Source of the DNA: Vampirovibrionales bacterium
GTDB lineage: Bacteria; Cyanobacteriota; Vampirovibrionia; Vampirovibrionales; JAJTHC01
Length of the DNA: 41,927 nt
Direction: 5' to 3'
Assembly (NCBI GenBank): GCA_044347425.1
Contig: JBIKUS010000003.1
Coordinates: 1 to 41,927 of the forward strand
Shown: positions 7,523 to 16,983 of the stretch, piece after piece
Position numbering within the stretch: the first letter of the stretch is position 1
Layout of the letters: every line of letters starts with the position of its first letter
Position numbers and translations under genes: made by a program
Notes under the pieces: model-generated
The model's database searches: none
Told to the model about the DNA's origin: nothing
The model's input: only the letters and a program-made list of their open reading frames with translations

Positions 7523-9055
7523 CTAAGCACCCACCCTCTTAACGTCAGGGTGGAGCCTAAGGCAGTCTCGGCGTACCTTGCCGTCAATGGTAAAGGCTTC
7601 GGTGGTGGGTATCAGCCAACCATGCTCTATCAGGTTAGCCACGGTAGGCTCTGCAACGTGCTTTTTGCGTAGCGCATTCGGACCACGGTTTTCAATAACC
7701 GCCATAGACACCACCATGTGAGGCCATTTGTTGCGTAGCCAATCAAGCAGGGATAAAGCGTTTTTTTGCTCCTCGCTTAGCTCATCGGCAGTGTAAAGGC
7801 GTAAGGCTTCGGCAAGGTAATACCTAGCCAAGATGATGCCTGCCTTAATGGCTTTTTCTGCTAAAGCCTTCTCGTCGGGTGTGTTGATATAGGTCAATAC
7901 GCCCGCTATGCGTACCACTTGTTCGGCTAGCTTGTTGGCCATGCCTTTAACCACTGTAAGCCTACCTTCGGGTTTAAGTTGCACTTCAATCTCGTTATAA
8001 AAGGCTATCAGGCTTTTCTTGGCTTCGGGGGTTAGGGCAAGGTTGTGTGGTTCTAGTTCACGCTCGCCAAAGGGGCTTTGAGGCCACGGTCTGTTAAGCA
8101 AGTGAAGCAGGCGTTTGTTGTAGGCTTCAAGGTCAGTATTTGCCGAGGCGGGGGCTTGCTGATACAAACGGTAGCCCATGGTAGAGCTGGGGTAAGCCAT
8201 CAAAAAACGAGCCAAAATGCCCTGCCCCTTAAATAAGGAGTTGTGTACAAAGCCTTGGCTTAATTCGGGTTGTAGCATAAGGTGTACGGCCAGCCTTTTG
8301 TGCTTTAGCCTAAGCTCGCCCCCTTCAATGCGTTTATGCACCAGCTGCGAGCCGTTCCACAGGCTACTTAGCCCTGTAATGGTGCGGGTTTGGTTGTCTT
8401 TGTTCATGGCAAAGCCACCCAAAAACGTACCGCCTTCGTCTGAGAAGATACTCATAGCGGGTTGCCCTTTAGCCAAGGCTCTCACCAAGGCGGGGAAGGT
8501 AGGCTCAGGGCAGAGTATGGCGGGTTCTATGGGTTCCTCTGGTGGTGTCCCTACCGCCTCTATCGCTTTTTGAATACTCTCCTTTGTAGGGTTCTTGTCG
8601 CCTTTTTTAGGCTTTGTGGCCAACTTTCTAGCCGATTCATAGGCTTCTTTCTCGTTCTTGTAACGCAGTACCTCTTTTGTATAGGATAAGTAATTGTTGC
8701 TTTCTCTCTCTTTTATCGCCTGCAAAGCCAGTTTATCGCAAGCGGTTTTTCGCTCACCTGATGCGCCTATACTCAACATAAACAAGCTACAAGGGTAAAA
8801 CTGGCCACTTACCCCTTGGGCGTTGACATAGGCTTGTGCCACGCAAGACGACGCACCTAATACCGATTGACCCGCTAAGGCAAGGGGGGCTTGTGTCTTT
8901 TGTTGAATAGCAACAACGGCTTGTTTCAACACTTTGGGCAACGCATCTAGTGGGAAGGCAAAACCCTCTTGTAGTGGTGGTGCTATCGGCCTTGGGGGCT
9001 GGGGTTCGGTTGTAGGGGCTTGCTCAAGTAAGGCTTGTATTTCTTGCTCACTCAT
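7523..9055 (-). CDS. DUF3987/YfjI family protein (P-loop, replication/helicase-like)
   Basis: FPLDALP, SIGASGERKT P-loop-like motif, FSDEGGTF, LMLQP and GILARFL segments. Confidence 0.85.
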   Translation of the reverse strand: MSEQEIQALLEQAPTTEPQPPRPIAPPLQEGFAFPLDALPKVLKQAVVAIQQKTQAPLALAGQSVLGASSCVAQAYVNAQGVSGQFYPCSLFMLSIGASGERKTACDKLALQAIKERESNNYLSYTKEVLRYKNEKEAYESARKLATKPKKGDKNPTKESIQKAIEAVGTPPEEPIEPAILCPEPTFPALVRALAKGQPAMSIFSDEGGTFLGGFAMNKDNQTRTITGLSSLWNGSQLVHKRIEGGELRLKHKRLAVHLMLQPELSQGFVHNSLFKGQGILARFLMAYPSSTMGYRLYQQAPASANTDLEAYNKRLLHLLNRPWPQSPFGERELEPHNLALTPEAKKSLIAFYNEIEVQLKPEGRLTVVKGMANKLAEQVVRIAGVLTYINTPDEKALAEKAIKAGIILARYYLAEALRLYTADELSEEQKNALSLLDWLRNKWPHMVVSMAVIENRGPNALRKKHVAEPTVANLIEHGWLIPTTEAFTIDGKVRRDCLRLHPDVKRVGA

Positions 9056-9933
9056 AACTGGCCAGCCTCCCTAAGCATATCGTTAAAATCTTGGCCAGCT
9101 TTTGGCGGTAACAGGTAGGTGACGGCTCTACCCTCGTTAAGCCAGCGTTCCATAGCACCATCAGCCGCTTTTATGCCTGCTGGGTCATGGTCAACGGCCA
9201 ACACAATCTTGCTTATACTGGTGGGTAGCACAAGGCTTGTAAGCCCTGCTGTTGATAAGGCAGCCCAAGCAGGTACACCCAAGGCTTGCTGTACGCTCAA
9301 CGCTGTTTCTATACCTTCGGCAACGGCTAGTTGGGTTGTGGGGTGGCCTAACTGCACGCTTGCCCCTTCCAAGCCACCTAGGCTCTTTTTGTTGGGGTCT
9401 ATCGGTGCTTTGTGGCCATCAGGGGCTAAGTAAATGCGCTGTATGCCCTTGGGTGTACCTAACTGGTCTCTCACAAGGCCAACAAGTGCAGGGTAATACG
9501 CTTGCGTATCGCTATGTTTAAGGTTTGGGTGATACCTCAACACATCAGGGTAAGGAGGGTTAAGGTTACGCCCAAGCAAGTATTGCTCTGCAAGTGTACC
9601 CTCAATAGGTAACGATTGTTGCCATAGACTCAAGGCATAAGCTATTTTGTCGGGTGCTGTGTCCGCATTCGCAACTTTCGCAGGTTTCGCAATCGCAAAG
9701 GGCTTAGCCGAAAAACTTACTAGCCCTTGTGATGCCAAGGTTTGCATAATCTCGTTGAAACTTGCATTGCAAGCATGGCAGTAGAAAAGTAGCTTCTCTT
9801 GCTTCTCGGTAAGTGAAAAAGCCTGTTTGTACTGGCAGACTGGGCAAGTACCATAGTAGCCTTGGCCAGACTTTTTTAACTTCAATGCAGTGGCCAGCTC
9901 CCGAGAATCGGGAGCTTTGCTTGGTGTAGACAT
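9052..9933 (-). CDS. Zn-finger + Toprim primase-like protein (P4 alpha/DUF7146-like)
   Basis: CPVC...CHAC zinc finger, VAEGIETALS, AVDHDPAG and DFND toprim motifs. Confidence 0.88.
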   Translation of the reverse strand: MSTPSKAPDSRELATALKLKKSGQGYYGTCPVCQYKQAFSLTEKQEKLLFYCHACNASFNEIMQTLASQGLVSFSAKPFAIAKPAKVANADTAPDKIAYALSLWQQSLPIEGTLAEQYLLGRNLNPPYPDVLRYHPNLKHSDTQAYYPALVGLVRDQLGTPKGIQRIYLAPDGHKAPIDPNKKSLGGLEGASVQLGHPTTQLAVAEGIETALSVQQALGVPAWAALSTAGLTSLVLPTSISKIVLAVDHDPAGIKAADGAMERWLNEGRAVTYLLPPKAGQDFNDMLREAGQL

Positions 9934-9939
9934 GGCGAA

Positions 9940-10197
9940 CTATCCTTTAATGCTAGTGGTTTTGCGCTTAATACGAGCTTCGGCGGTAGAACTTACCTTG
10001 TCGCATCGTTTTAGCCAGTTGTTTAGGTCGTCAACATAGTAAAAAATACGGCCAGTATTGATAAACTTCGGACCCGTGCCGTTTGAACGCTTAATAGCCA
10101 GTGTTTTAACCGAAAGGCCAAGGTATTCGGCTGCATGTTTTGTATCCAGCCTACCGTCTGGGTATTGGGGAAAAGCCGAAGGTGGTAGCTCATTCAT
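9940..10197 (-). CDS. Excisionase/AlpA-like helix-turn-helix protein
   Basis: LDTKHAAEYLGLSVKTL...GPKF...IFYYVDDLNNWL. Confidence 0.85.
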   Translation of the reverse strand: MNELPPSAFPQYPDGRLDTKHAAEYLGLSVKTLAIKRSNGTGPKFINTGRIFYYVDDLNNWLKRCDKVSSTAEARIKRKTTSIKG

Positions 10198-10300
10198 TAA
10201 AGTGTGTAGCCTCCTTGCTAGGGGGGTAAAAATAATAACAATGTAACCCTATCAGGTCACACCATAAAACGCAAGGGGTACTCGTGAGAATGTAACGAGC

Positions 10301-11062
10301 TTACCAATAATTACCAAGGTAGCACTCGTTTTCATCTTGCAAACCAAGGTTTTTAAGCCTTATGTTAAGGGCTTGCATGGATACTCTACCCACCTTTGCA
10401 AGCTCCTCTTTAACATATCGCCATGCAGTAGCTTGTTTATGGGGTAGTGCATTCTTAGGCCAACGCTCTGAAATCTCTGCCAGCATAACCTGTTTAGGCA
10501 TGAGCAAAGCACCCGCAAAGTTATCTGCCTGCCACTCTGTCCAATAGGTATCATCCTTAGGGGTATCGGGGTTGTTTTCTCTCTTATCTCTACACAAAAT
10601 AGTATTTTTTTGGGGTGGCTTAAACAAGGTAAGCTGTTCGGGGTTTCGTACAGGTACAAGGTTACGGTGTAGCACATAATGGCCAAGCTCGTGCGCTAAG
10701 GTAAAATTATAACGCCCTTCGTTAATCTGCCGTTCGTTAAGCCCAAATATGGGTGCAGTTGGTAACTTGTCCCAATCACGTTTAGGGGGAGCGCACTGGG
10801 GCGGTATTGAGGGTGTCTCAACTAAGCTCTCATCTATCCACACAGCGTTATTTTCAAACTGCATCGCACCCAATAAACCTTGAATGCCAAAGTATTCTTC
10901 TAGGTTGTCTATGTTAAGGGTTAGCCCATAGTATTGCTCAATCATTCTTTCCACATCAATAGGTAGCCTAACCTTTGTAATTTCTTTTTGGGTAAAGCCT
11001 TCAACACAGTTAAGGGCTTCGTGGTCAATCTGCTGGCGATTAAGGGGCTTAGGTCTTTTCAT
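10301..11062 (-). CDS. ImmA/IrrE family metallopeptidase (anti-repressor)
   Basis: RYNFTLAHELGHY (HExxH) and EWQADNFAGALLMP. Confidence 0.92.
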   Translation of the reverse strand: MKRPKPLNRQQIDHEALNCVEGFTQKEITKVRLPIDVERMIEQYYGLTLNIDNLEEYFGIQGLLGAMQFENNAVWIDESLVETPSIPPQCAPPKRDWDKLPTAPIFGLNERQINEGRYNFTLAHELGHYVLHRNLVPVRNPEQLTLFKPPQKNTILCRDKRENNPDTPKDDTYWTEWQADNFAGALLMPKQVMLAEISERWPKNALPHKQATAWRYVKEELAKVGRVSMQALNIRLKNLGLQDENECYLGNYW

Positions 11063-11429
11063 CAGGGGGAGTTACCTCACTTTGTTTTAACAGGTTATAG
11101 GCGGCTCTAAAGTCTTTAGATGATGCGTGCTTAGCTGTCCTTAAAAAATCGGCCATTTCTTTAGGCTTGCTAAGAATAATCTCCTTTACATCCGTAGATA
11201 TTTTGCCTGATAGCGAGAGAAGCTGGTCAGGGTCAACCTTAAGTAGGCTTGCCATAGCTCGTGTGGTATCCTCAGAGGCGGTAACAGGTTCCCCACGCTC
11301 TAACTTTGAGACAAACGTAGGGCTTACACCTAACTGGCCAGCAAATTGCCGTAAACTCATGCCTGTAGCTTCTCGTAGACGCTTAAGGTTTTGCCCAAAA
11401 GACTCGTTAAGGTTAAGTGAAGGGTTCAT
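11049..11429 (-). CDS. XRE-family HTH repressor (ImmR-like); start uncertain (11429 or upstream)
   Basis: FGQNLKRLREATGMSLRQFAGQLGVSPTFVSKLERGE; overlaps the immA-like gene. Confidence 0.9.
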   Translation of the reverse strand: MNPSLNLNESFGQNLKRLREATGMSLRQFAGQLGVSPTFVSKLERGEPVTASEDTTRAMASLLKVDPDQLLSLSGKISTDVKEIILSKPKEMADFLRTAKHASSKDFRAAYNLLKQSEVTPPDEKT

Positions 11430-11521
11430 AGGGGGTAGCCTTTGTTTAGTGTGCATTGTATACTGTACAGACATTAAGAGAACTTTTCAACCCTTTATAT
11501 ACCAAAAGGAACAAACTCACC

Positions 11522-12817
11522 ATGCCACGCACCTACTCAAAACTCAACCGTAACGCCTTGCGTAAGTTGGATATAGGCGAAAAAATCTCTGAAAAAGGGA
11601 TTGAGTTTACAAGGCTACCTGATGGTGATGGTTGCTTTAGGGTCAACGTCATGGTTGACGGCCAGCGTATCCACCGCACGGTAGGCAAAGAATCCGAGGG
11701 GGTTACGCTTACCCAAGTTGAGCAATACGTTGAGAAGCTACGCACAGAGGCAAGGGAGGAACGGCTCAACCTGCCTAAAAGGCGCAAGCTACCCCTTAGC
11801 TTTACCAAGGCTGTTGGCGAATACCTTGTACGCTCTGAGCAAGAAGGGGGTAAAGACTTGGCCAAAAAAGCCGAACGCTTTAGGTTGCACCTTGTGCCGT
11901 TTTTTAGCACAAAGCCCCTTAGCCAACTTAACCCCTTTGAGATTGAACGCTACAAGAAAACACGCAAAGATGAGGGAGCATCCACGGCAACTATTAACAG
12001 AGAACTGGCTGTACTAAGTCACCTGCTAAGCAAAGCGGTTGAATGGGGTTGGCTTAACCAAAAGCCCTGCAAGGTAACACTCAACAAAGAGAACAACCGC
12101 AAGCTGGTGTACCTTACCACAGAGCAATGCCAAGCCTTGCTACAAGCCGCTAAGGCCGATAGCAACCCGCAAGTTTACCTGTTTTGCCTTATTGGCCTTG
12201 AAACTGGTATGCGCCTCTCTGAAATCCTGAGTATCACGCTTGAAAACATCCACGCCGAACAAGGCTTTCTCTATATCCCCAAGGCCAAGGCAGGGGCTAG
12301 GCCACAACCCTTAACGCATCGCTTGGCCAGTGTGCTTAGCCAATACGTTAAAGCCTCGCCTAGCAAGGTGGGCTGGCTCTTCCCTAGCATTGGCAACTTG
12401 CCCTCAACGGTGGGCTATACCACTTGCATGAGCCTACCCTTTAAGCGGGTGGTGCTAGCTGCTGGCCTTGACCCTAAGCAGGTAACGCCTCACACGTTGC
12501 GCCATACGGCTATATCGCACCTAGTGCAAAGCGGGGTTGACCTCCCTACCGTTAAAACCATATCAGGCCATAAAACCTTGGCTATGGTTGAGCGGTACAG
12601 TCATCAAAACGGTGGCCACATACAGCAAGCTATGGAACGCCTAGAGGCTCGTTATAACCAAGGGAGCAACACCATTACACAAGAATTACACAAACCGCAA
12701 AGCCAAAGTAAAACAAGCGGGCTAGAAGCCAGTAAACTCAAGGGTTTTTTAGGTAACAAAAACTACCCCCAAGGGAATTCGAATCCCTGCCGCCTCCGTG
12801 AAAGGGAGGTGTCCTAG
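11522..12817 (+). CDS. Tyrosine recombinase/integrase
   Basis: Catalytic motifs TGMRLSE (R), IPKAK (K), HTLRHT, SGHKT and ERYSH (Y). The ORF ends within the antisense of tRNA-Glu. Confidence 0.95.
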   Translation: MPRTYSKLNRNALRKLDIGEKISEKGIEFTRLPDGDGCFRVNVMVDGQRIHRTVGKESEGVTLTQVEQYVEKLRTEAREERLNLPKRRKLPLSFTKAVGEYLVRSEQEGGKDLAKKAERFRLHLVPFFSTKPLSQLNPFEIERYKKTRKDEGASTATINRELAVLSHLLSKAVEWGWLNQKPCKVTLNKENNRKLVYLTTEQCQALLQAAKADSNPQVYLFCLIGLETGMRLSEILSITLENIHAEQGFLYIPKAKAGARPQPLTHRLASVLSQYVKASPSKVGWLFPSIGNLPSTVGYTTCMSLPFKRVVLAAGLDPKQVTPHTLRHTAISHLVQSGVDLPTVKTISGHKTLAMVERYSHQNGGHIQQAMERLEARYNQGSNTITQELHKPQSQSKTSGLEASKLKGFLGNKNYPQGNSNPCRLREREVS

Positions 12818-12836
12818 GCCACTAGACGATGGGGGC
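12764..12836 (-). tRNA. tRNA-Glu(TTC)
   Basis: GCCCCCATCGTCTAGTGGCCTAGGACACCTCCCTTTCACGGAGGCGGCAGGGATTCGAATTCCCTTGGGGGTA folds as a cloverleaf with anticodon TTC. Confidence 0.97.
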
Positions 12837-12905
12837 ATGTGTTAGGTACCTTTTAAGAGTAACCCAAGCCACAAGCCAACGTCAACCCTTTGCCACGCAA
12901 ACAAC

Positions 12906-13445
12906 CTAGCCCGCCACTTGAGGCTGCTGCCCCTGCACCTTGGCGTAATAGCTGCCTAAAGCATTATCGTACAAGGGGCTGTTGTTGGCTAAGCCATCAT
13001 CACCAATATCCATGTGTAAAAAGTCGTTGCGGCCTACATAATTACCCAGTTTGCCACCCAATAACCCGCCTGCTGCAATACCTGCAATCGCTAAGGCTCC
13101 GCCAATTAAGGGGTTAACCTTAGTGATGTTTTTTATCGCCACTGTTGCACCCATTAACAATGGCTTAGACAATAACCCCAGCGCACCTAAACCTAAGCCG
13201 CCAGCCACCGCTCCTTTTAGCGAAAACTGGTTTTCTACCTCGCGGGCATAGGCGGTGGCACCTACCTCGCTCGTCATAGCTCCTAGGTTGGTGGGAGCTA
13301 ACTGCCCCGTTTCATGAAAGTACTGGCGTGCATTGGGGTCGGTGGGCATGCCTAGGCCAAAGGCACCTGGCATCATACCCATGCCACCCATACCGTAGGG
13401 CATACCGCCCATACCCATCATACCCATGCCTGGCATCATGCTCAT
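12906..13445 (-). CDS. Hypothetical Gly/Met-rich protein with glycine-zipper-like hydrophobic segments
   Basis: 179-aa ORF with an MGM-rich N-terminus, GAVAGGLGLGALG and GIAAGGLLGG segments; GGAGA RBS-like sequence upstream. Confidence 0.7.
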   Translation of the reverse strand: MSMMPGMGMMGMGGMPYGMGGMGMMPGAFGLGMPTDPNARQYFHETGQLAPTNLGAMTSEVGATAYAREVENQFSLKGAVAGGLGLGALGLLSKPLLMGATVAIKNITKVNPLIGGALAIAGIAAGGLLGGKLGNYVGRNDFLHMDIGDDGLANNSPLYDNALGSYYAKVQGQQPQVAG

Positions 13446-13578
13446 TCTGCCGTGTCTCCATCTCTCTGCGGATGTGTGTCAAACTCTCTGTGCGTGTGTT
13501 GCCCACAAGGGCTTAATGGTATTAACGTAACCATCACACTGTTTTGTGCTACAATCCCCCTTATTATTTTATAGTGTG

Positions 13579-14550
13579 ATGAGACACTTAACCACAATGC
13601 CCATGCCGCTGCCCCATTGCCTCCCCGCCCCAGCCCCCGAACATCCCTCATTGGTAGCGGTACAGCACCAGTGGGCAGACCTCACCCCGCTGCTGCCTAA
13701 GTCGCTACCCCTAGGTGCCATGCACGAGCCTTTGCTGGTGTCTCACCACACGGTGCGCTGGCCTCACTTACCCCCCGCCTGCCATGGCATGACACTCGCT
13801 CACCTGACGGATGTTCACCTAAGTTGGCCTACCTTACCTTGGCTCAACGCTGTTAGCCAATGGCTAGCCACACAACACTACGACGTTCTTGCTCTAACAG
13901 GCGATGTGATTACCAGTGGTGATGCCTACCTGCCCCAGTTACGTGAGTGGTTACAGTCTCTGCCCCAAGGCAAGCCCACCGTGGCCTGCATGGGCAACCA
14001 TGACTACGAGGACAACAACCACGGCCGTAGCCTTAAAGCACTGTACCGAGAGCTGGGCATCAGGTGTTTGGTCAATGAAACCGTGGGGCTAACCCCCCAA
14101 GGAATTGTTCACCAACCTGATTTGGCGACTTTAAACGATGCCCTTTGGGTGCTAGGTGTGGATGATGCCATGAAGGGCAAGCCCGATGTTGACTTACTGC
14201 ATAGCCACCTTGCCAGTAAACCCCTAGATGCTTCGCCTGCCTTACTGCTTTGCCATAACCCTTACTTGGTAGAGAATGTACCCCACTGGGCGGGGGTTGG
14301 CTTGATACTGGCTGGCCATACCCATGGTGGGCAGTGGACACGGTGGACCTTCCCCATGGCTTTGGTGACTGGTAGCCGATTTTTGCAAGGGTTGTGGCTA
14401 CTAGAAAACGCTGGTGATGATAAGCCAGGGCTGCTACACGTGAACCATGGCCTTGGTACGGCTTGTTTAGACATTGTTGGTAAAACCGTCCCCGTGGTGC
14501 GTTTGTTGGTTAGGCCACAGGTCAGCTTTTGGACGTTTTTACCCGGATAA
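13579..14550 (+). CDS. Metallophosphoesterase (YkuE-like); start uncertain
   Basis: DVH, GDVI, GNHDY, CHNP and GHTHGG calcineurin-like motifs. Confidence 0.9.
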   Translation: MRHLTTMPMPLPHCLPAPAPEHPSLVAVQHQWADLTPLLPKSLPLGAMHEPLLVSHHTVRWPHLPPACHGMTLAHLTDVHLSWPTLPWLNAVSQWLATQHYDVLALTGDVITSGDAYLPQLREWLQSLPQGKPTVACMGNHDYEDNNHGRSLKALYRELGIRCLVNETVGLTPQGIVHQPDLATLNDALWVLGVDDAMKGKPDVDLLHSHLASKPLDASPALLLCHNPYLVENVPHWAGVGLILAGHTHGGQWTRWTFPMALVTGSRFLQGLWLLENAGDDKPGLLHVNHGLGTACLDIVGKTVPVVRLLVRPQVSFWTFLPG

Positions 14551-14871
14551 GCCATTATGCAGAGGTTGCATCAGCCAACAACACCATCAACCCTAGGTAC
14601 TACAACCCGACAAAAAGCACTGAAACCATAGTGTTTAGTACTTTCGTTGTAAGCCAAAAAATAAAAGGGATAGTGGAACCATCCCTCTCTCTGCAATCAC
14701 ACGTTGTTGTCACTTGTATCAAGGTTTGATACAAGACAGATAATGGCCAGCACTGTTAACATGCTGGTTATTATTAGCTTAGGCTATGGCCACTTGTGCT
14801 GCCTAGCCTCAATTAGCCAAACTCCCACAAATGGCGTAACTGCCTCAAGTGCCGTAGCCCCTATAAAGCAA

Positions 14872-14899
14872 CAGAGCCGCTTGTAAACAAGCGACTCTG
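14872..14899 (-). terminator. Probable intrinsic terminator after hup
   Basis: CAGAGTCGCTTGT-TT-ACAAGCGGCTCTG hairpin followed by TTGCTTT. Confidence 0.55.
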
Positions 14900-14923
14900 C
14901 TGAGCTAACCGATGGGCAAGGCT

Positions 14924-15220
14924 TTACTTGGCAGCTACCAAGTCAGCCGAAGCCACGGTCTCTTTAAACTTTTTGCCAGCGGTAAAAGCAGGCACTTTTT
15001 TGGCTTCAATCTTCAAGGCTTCGCCCGTTTGGGGGTTACGGCCAATACGTTCGTTACGTTGACGGGCTTCAAAAATACCAAAGCCTACTAACGATACTTT
15101 TTCGCCTTTGGCCACATTGGTTTCAATGGTGGCTAGGGCAGTGGTCACAATATCGGCCACTTGCTTTTGCGATTGACCTGTGGCTTTTGCCACTTCTTGG
15201 ATGAGTTCTTCTTTGTTCAT
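14924..15220 (-). CDS. hup: DNA-binding protein HU
   Basis: MNKEELI...VSLVGFGIFE...RIGRNPQTGE...VPAFTAGKKFK. Confidence 0.97.
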   Translation of the reverse strand: MNKEELIQEVAKATGQSQKQVADIVTTALATIETNVAKGEKVSLVGFGIFEARQRNERIGRNPQTGEALKIEAKKVPAFTAGKKFKETVASADLVAAK

Positions 15221-15514
15221 GGTAAATGGAGCCTTTAGCTACAACTAACAACTGGGTAAACAACAGCGGGTAACCGAATCAAGGTTGATTATAGTGACAT
15301 CAGCCAAAAACACAAGCTTTTTTTGTTGTTTTGGGGCTAAAATCTCCATTTTTCCTCTTTTTGGCCTGATTATAGGGGTATTTGAGCCAAAAGTGTGGCA
15401 TAAACCCCATTATTAGGCCTAGGCAAAGCTTGCCGTTAGCCTAGCGTTTCTTAGGCAACTGGGCTACACTAAGGTTAATCTTGTTGCCTGCTGTTTACCC
15501 ACGGAGACTCCCCC

Positions 15515-15886
15515 ATGACCACGGCACCCTCGCCCGTAACGCCTGCCCCCGCCGAAACCAGCCCTACACCTTTAGTGGTAGACGTGCTACAAACTTGCAC
15601 CGCCCGCTTTGACCACGACGGCTGGGCGTTGTTTCAAGCATGGCAACACAACGACACCGCCCTACGCACCTATCGCATTAAGGTAGAGCTTTACGCCCGC
15701 ACCCAACAAGGTGCTACCGAGTTGGCCACACGTCTTGATGAGCTGCACGTACCCGCCATCAAGCAAAAAGGGCTGATGCTCAGCTTTATCACCACTTTTG
15801 AACGCCTGCAAGAGGTCATCCGTCACGAGGCTACCCACCGTGTGGTGGTGCGCTGTGTTGATCCTCAAGCCCAAAGCATGGTGTAA
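15515..15886 (+). CDS. Hypothetical protein
   Basis: 123-aa ORF with a GGAG RBS, directly upstream of hemB. Confidence 0.65.
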   Translation: MTTAPSPVTPAPAETSPTPLVVDVLQTCTARFDHDGWALFQAWQHNDTALRTYRIKVELYARTQQGATELATRLDELHVPAIKQKGLMLSFITTFERLQEVIRHEATHRVVVRCVDPQAQSMV

Positions 15887-15897
15887 GTAGCCCTGTT

Positions 15898-16905
15898 ATG
15901 CTCACTTACCCAAGCTACCCTGCTACCCGCCCTCGCCGTTGGCGACAAAGCCCTTGGGCTAGGCAGTTAGCCGCCGAAACTGATTTGCTGCCCCGCCACT
16001 TGGTGCTACCCATTATTGTGCAAGACAGTCCTGAGGCTCGCCAACCTGTCGTCTCCTTACCTGGGGTGGCTAGGCTTAACCTCGACGAACTCCTACGAGA
16101 AGCCGAACAAGCCGTGGCTCTGGGCATCCCTGCCGTGGCCTTGTTCCCCGCCATTGACCCCACCTTGAAGGATGCCACCGCCTCACAGGCCACAGACCCT
16201 AACAGTTTGGCTTGTAAGGCCATCCGTGCGTTACGGCATCACTCTCCCAACTTAGGGGTGATGTGCGATGTGGCGTTAGACTTGTATACCAGCCACGGCC
16301 ACGACGGCCTCCTTTCCCCCTGTGGCCAATATGTTGATAACGACGCGACCCTCGCCGTGTTAGTGCAACAAGCCCTTACCTATGCCGATGCGGGTGCTAC
16401 CCTGCTAGGCCCTAGTGATATGATGGACGGCCGCATCGCTGCCATACGCCATGGGCTGGAGGTGCACGGCCACACCAACGTCTTACTAATTAGCTACGCC
16501 GCTAAGTATCATTCGGGCTTGTATGGCCCTTATCGAGATGCGGTGGGGTCGGCCAGCCACTTGCAAGGTGCCAGTAAGGCCACCTACCAGCAAAACCCTG
16601 CCAACGCCCTTGAGGCTGAACTAGAGGCCATGCTCGACGTGGCCGAAGGTGCCGATGCCCTGATGGTGAAACCCGCCACGTTTTACCAAGACGTTATTTA
16701 TCGCTTAAGGCAAGCCACGCCCCTGCCTGTATGGGCATACCACGTTAGCGGCGAATACGCCATGATTGAGGCCGCCTCTGCCAACGGTTGGCTCGACGGT
16801 GAGCGGGTACTGCACGAAGCCCTCTTGGGTTTGCGGCGTGCTGGGGCTAGCGTGATACTCACCTACGGTGCCTTACGCATGGCTCGCTATTTAAAGACAC
16901 TTTAG
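15898..16905 (+). CDS. hemB: Porphobilinogen synthase (Asp-type metal site)
   Basis: RPRRWR, DVALDLYTSHGHDG, PSDMMDGR, SYAAKY, LMVKP and AYHVSGEYAM. Confidence 0.97.
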   Translation: MLTYPSYPATRPRRWRQSPWARQLAAETDLLPRHLVLPIIVQDSPEARQPVVSLPGVARLNLDELLREAEQAVALGIPAVALFPAIDPTLKDATASQATDPNSLACKAIRALRHHSPNLGVMCDVALDLYTSHGHDGLLSPCGQYVDNDATLAVLVQQALTYADAGATLLGPSDMMDGRIAAIRHGLEVHGHTNVLLISYAAKYHSGLYGPYRDAVGSASHLQGASKATYQQNPANALEAELEAMLDVAEGADALMVKPATFYQDVIYRLRQATPLPVWAYHVSGEYAMIEAASANGWLDGERVLHEALLGLRRAGASVILTYGALRMARYLKTL

Positions 16906-16983
16906 CTTACCCTAGCTCACTTTGTCTGCCTTTGCTACACTAGCACCATAGCCCTCCCCCCCTCGCAAGGATGCCCACACCCT

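Larger units (their letters stand above)
392..12836. mobile_element. tRNA-Glu-integrated genomic island (phage-satellite/IME-like) carrying type II CRISPR-Cas; left boundary approximate
   Basis: A tyrosine integrase runs into the tRNA 3' end. Backbone genes are XRE+ImmA, an excisionase-like HTH, toprim primase, DUF3987 and HGGxSTG. No capsid, large terminase, relaxase or T4SS genes were seen, and no second att copy was found. Confidence 0.8.

Noticed and set aside
1413-12817. Cas9-guided integration (CAST-like) by the tyrosine recombinase
   Set aside because: Cas9 keeps its nuclease residues and cas1/cas2, the integrase uses a conventional tRNA site, and no spacer matching tRNA-Glu was seen; there is no sequence support for coupling.
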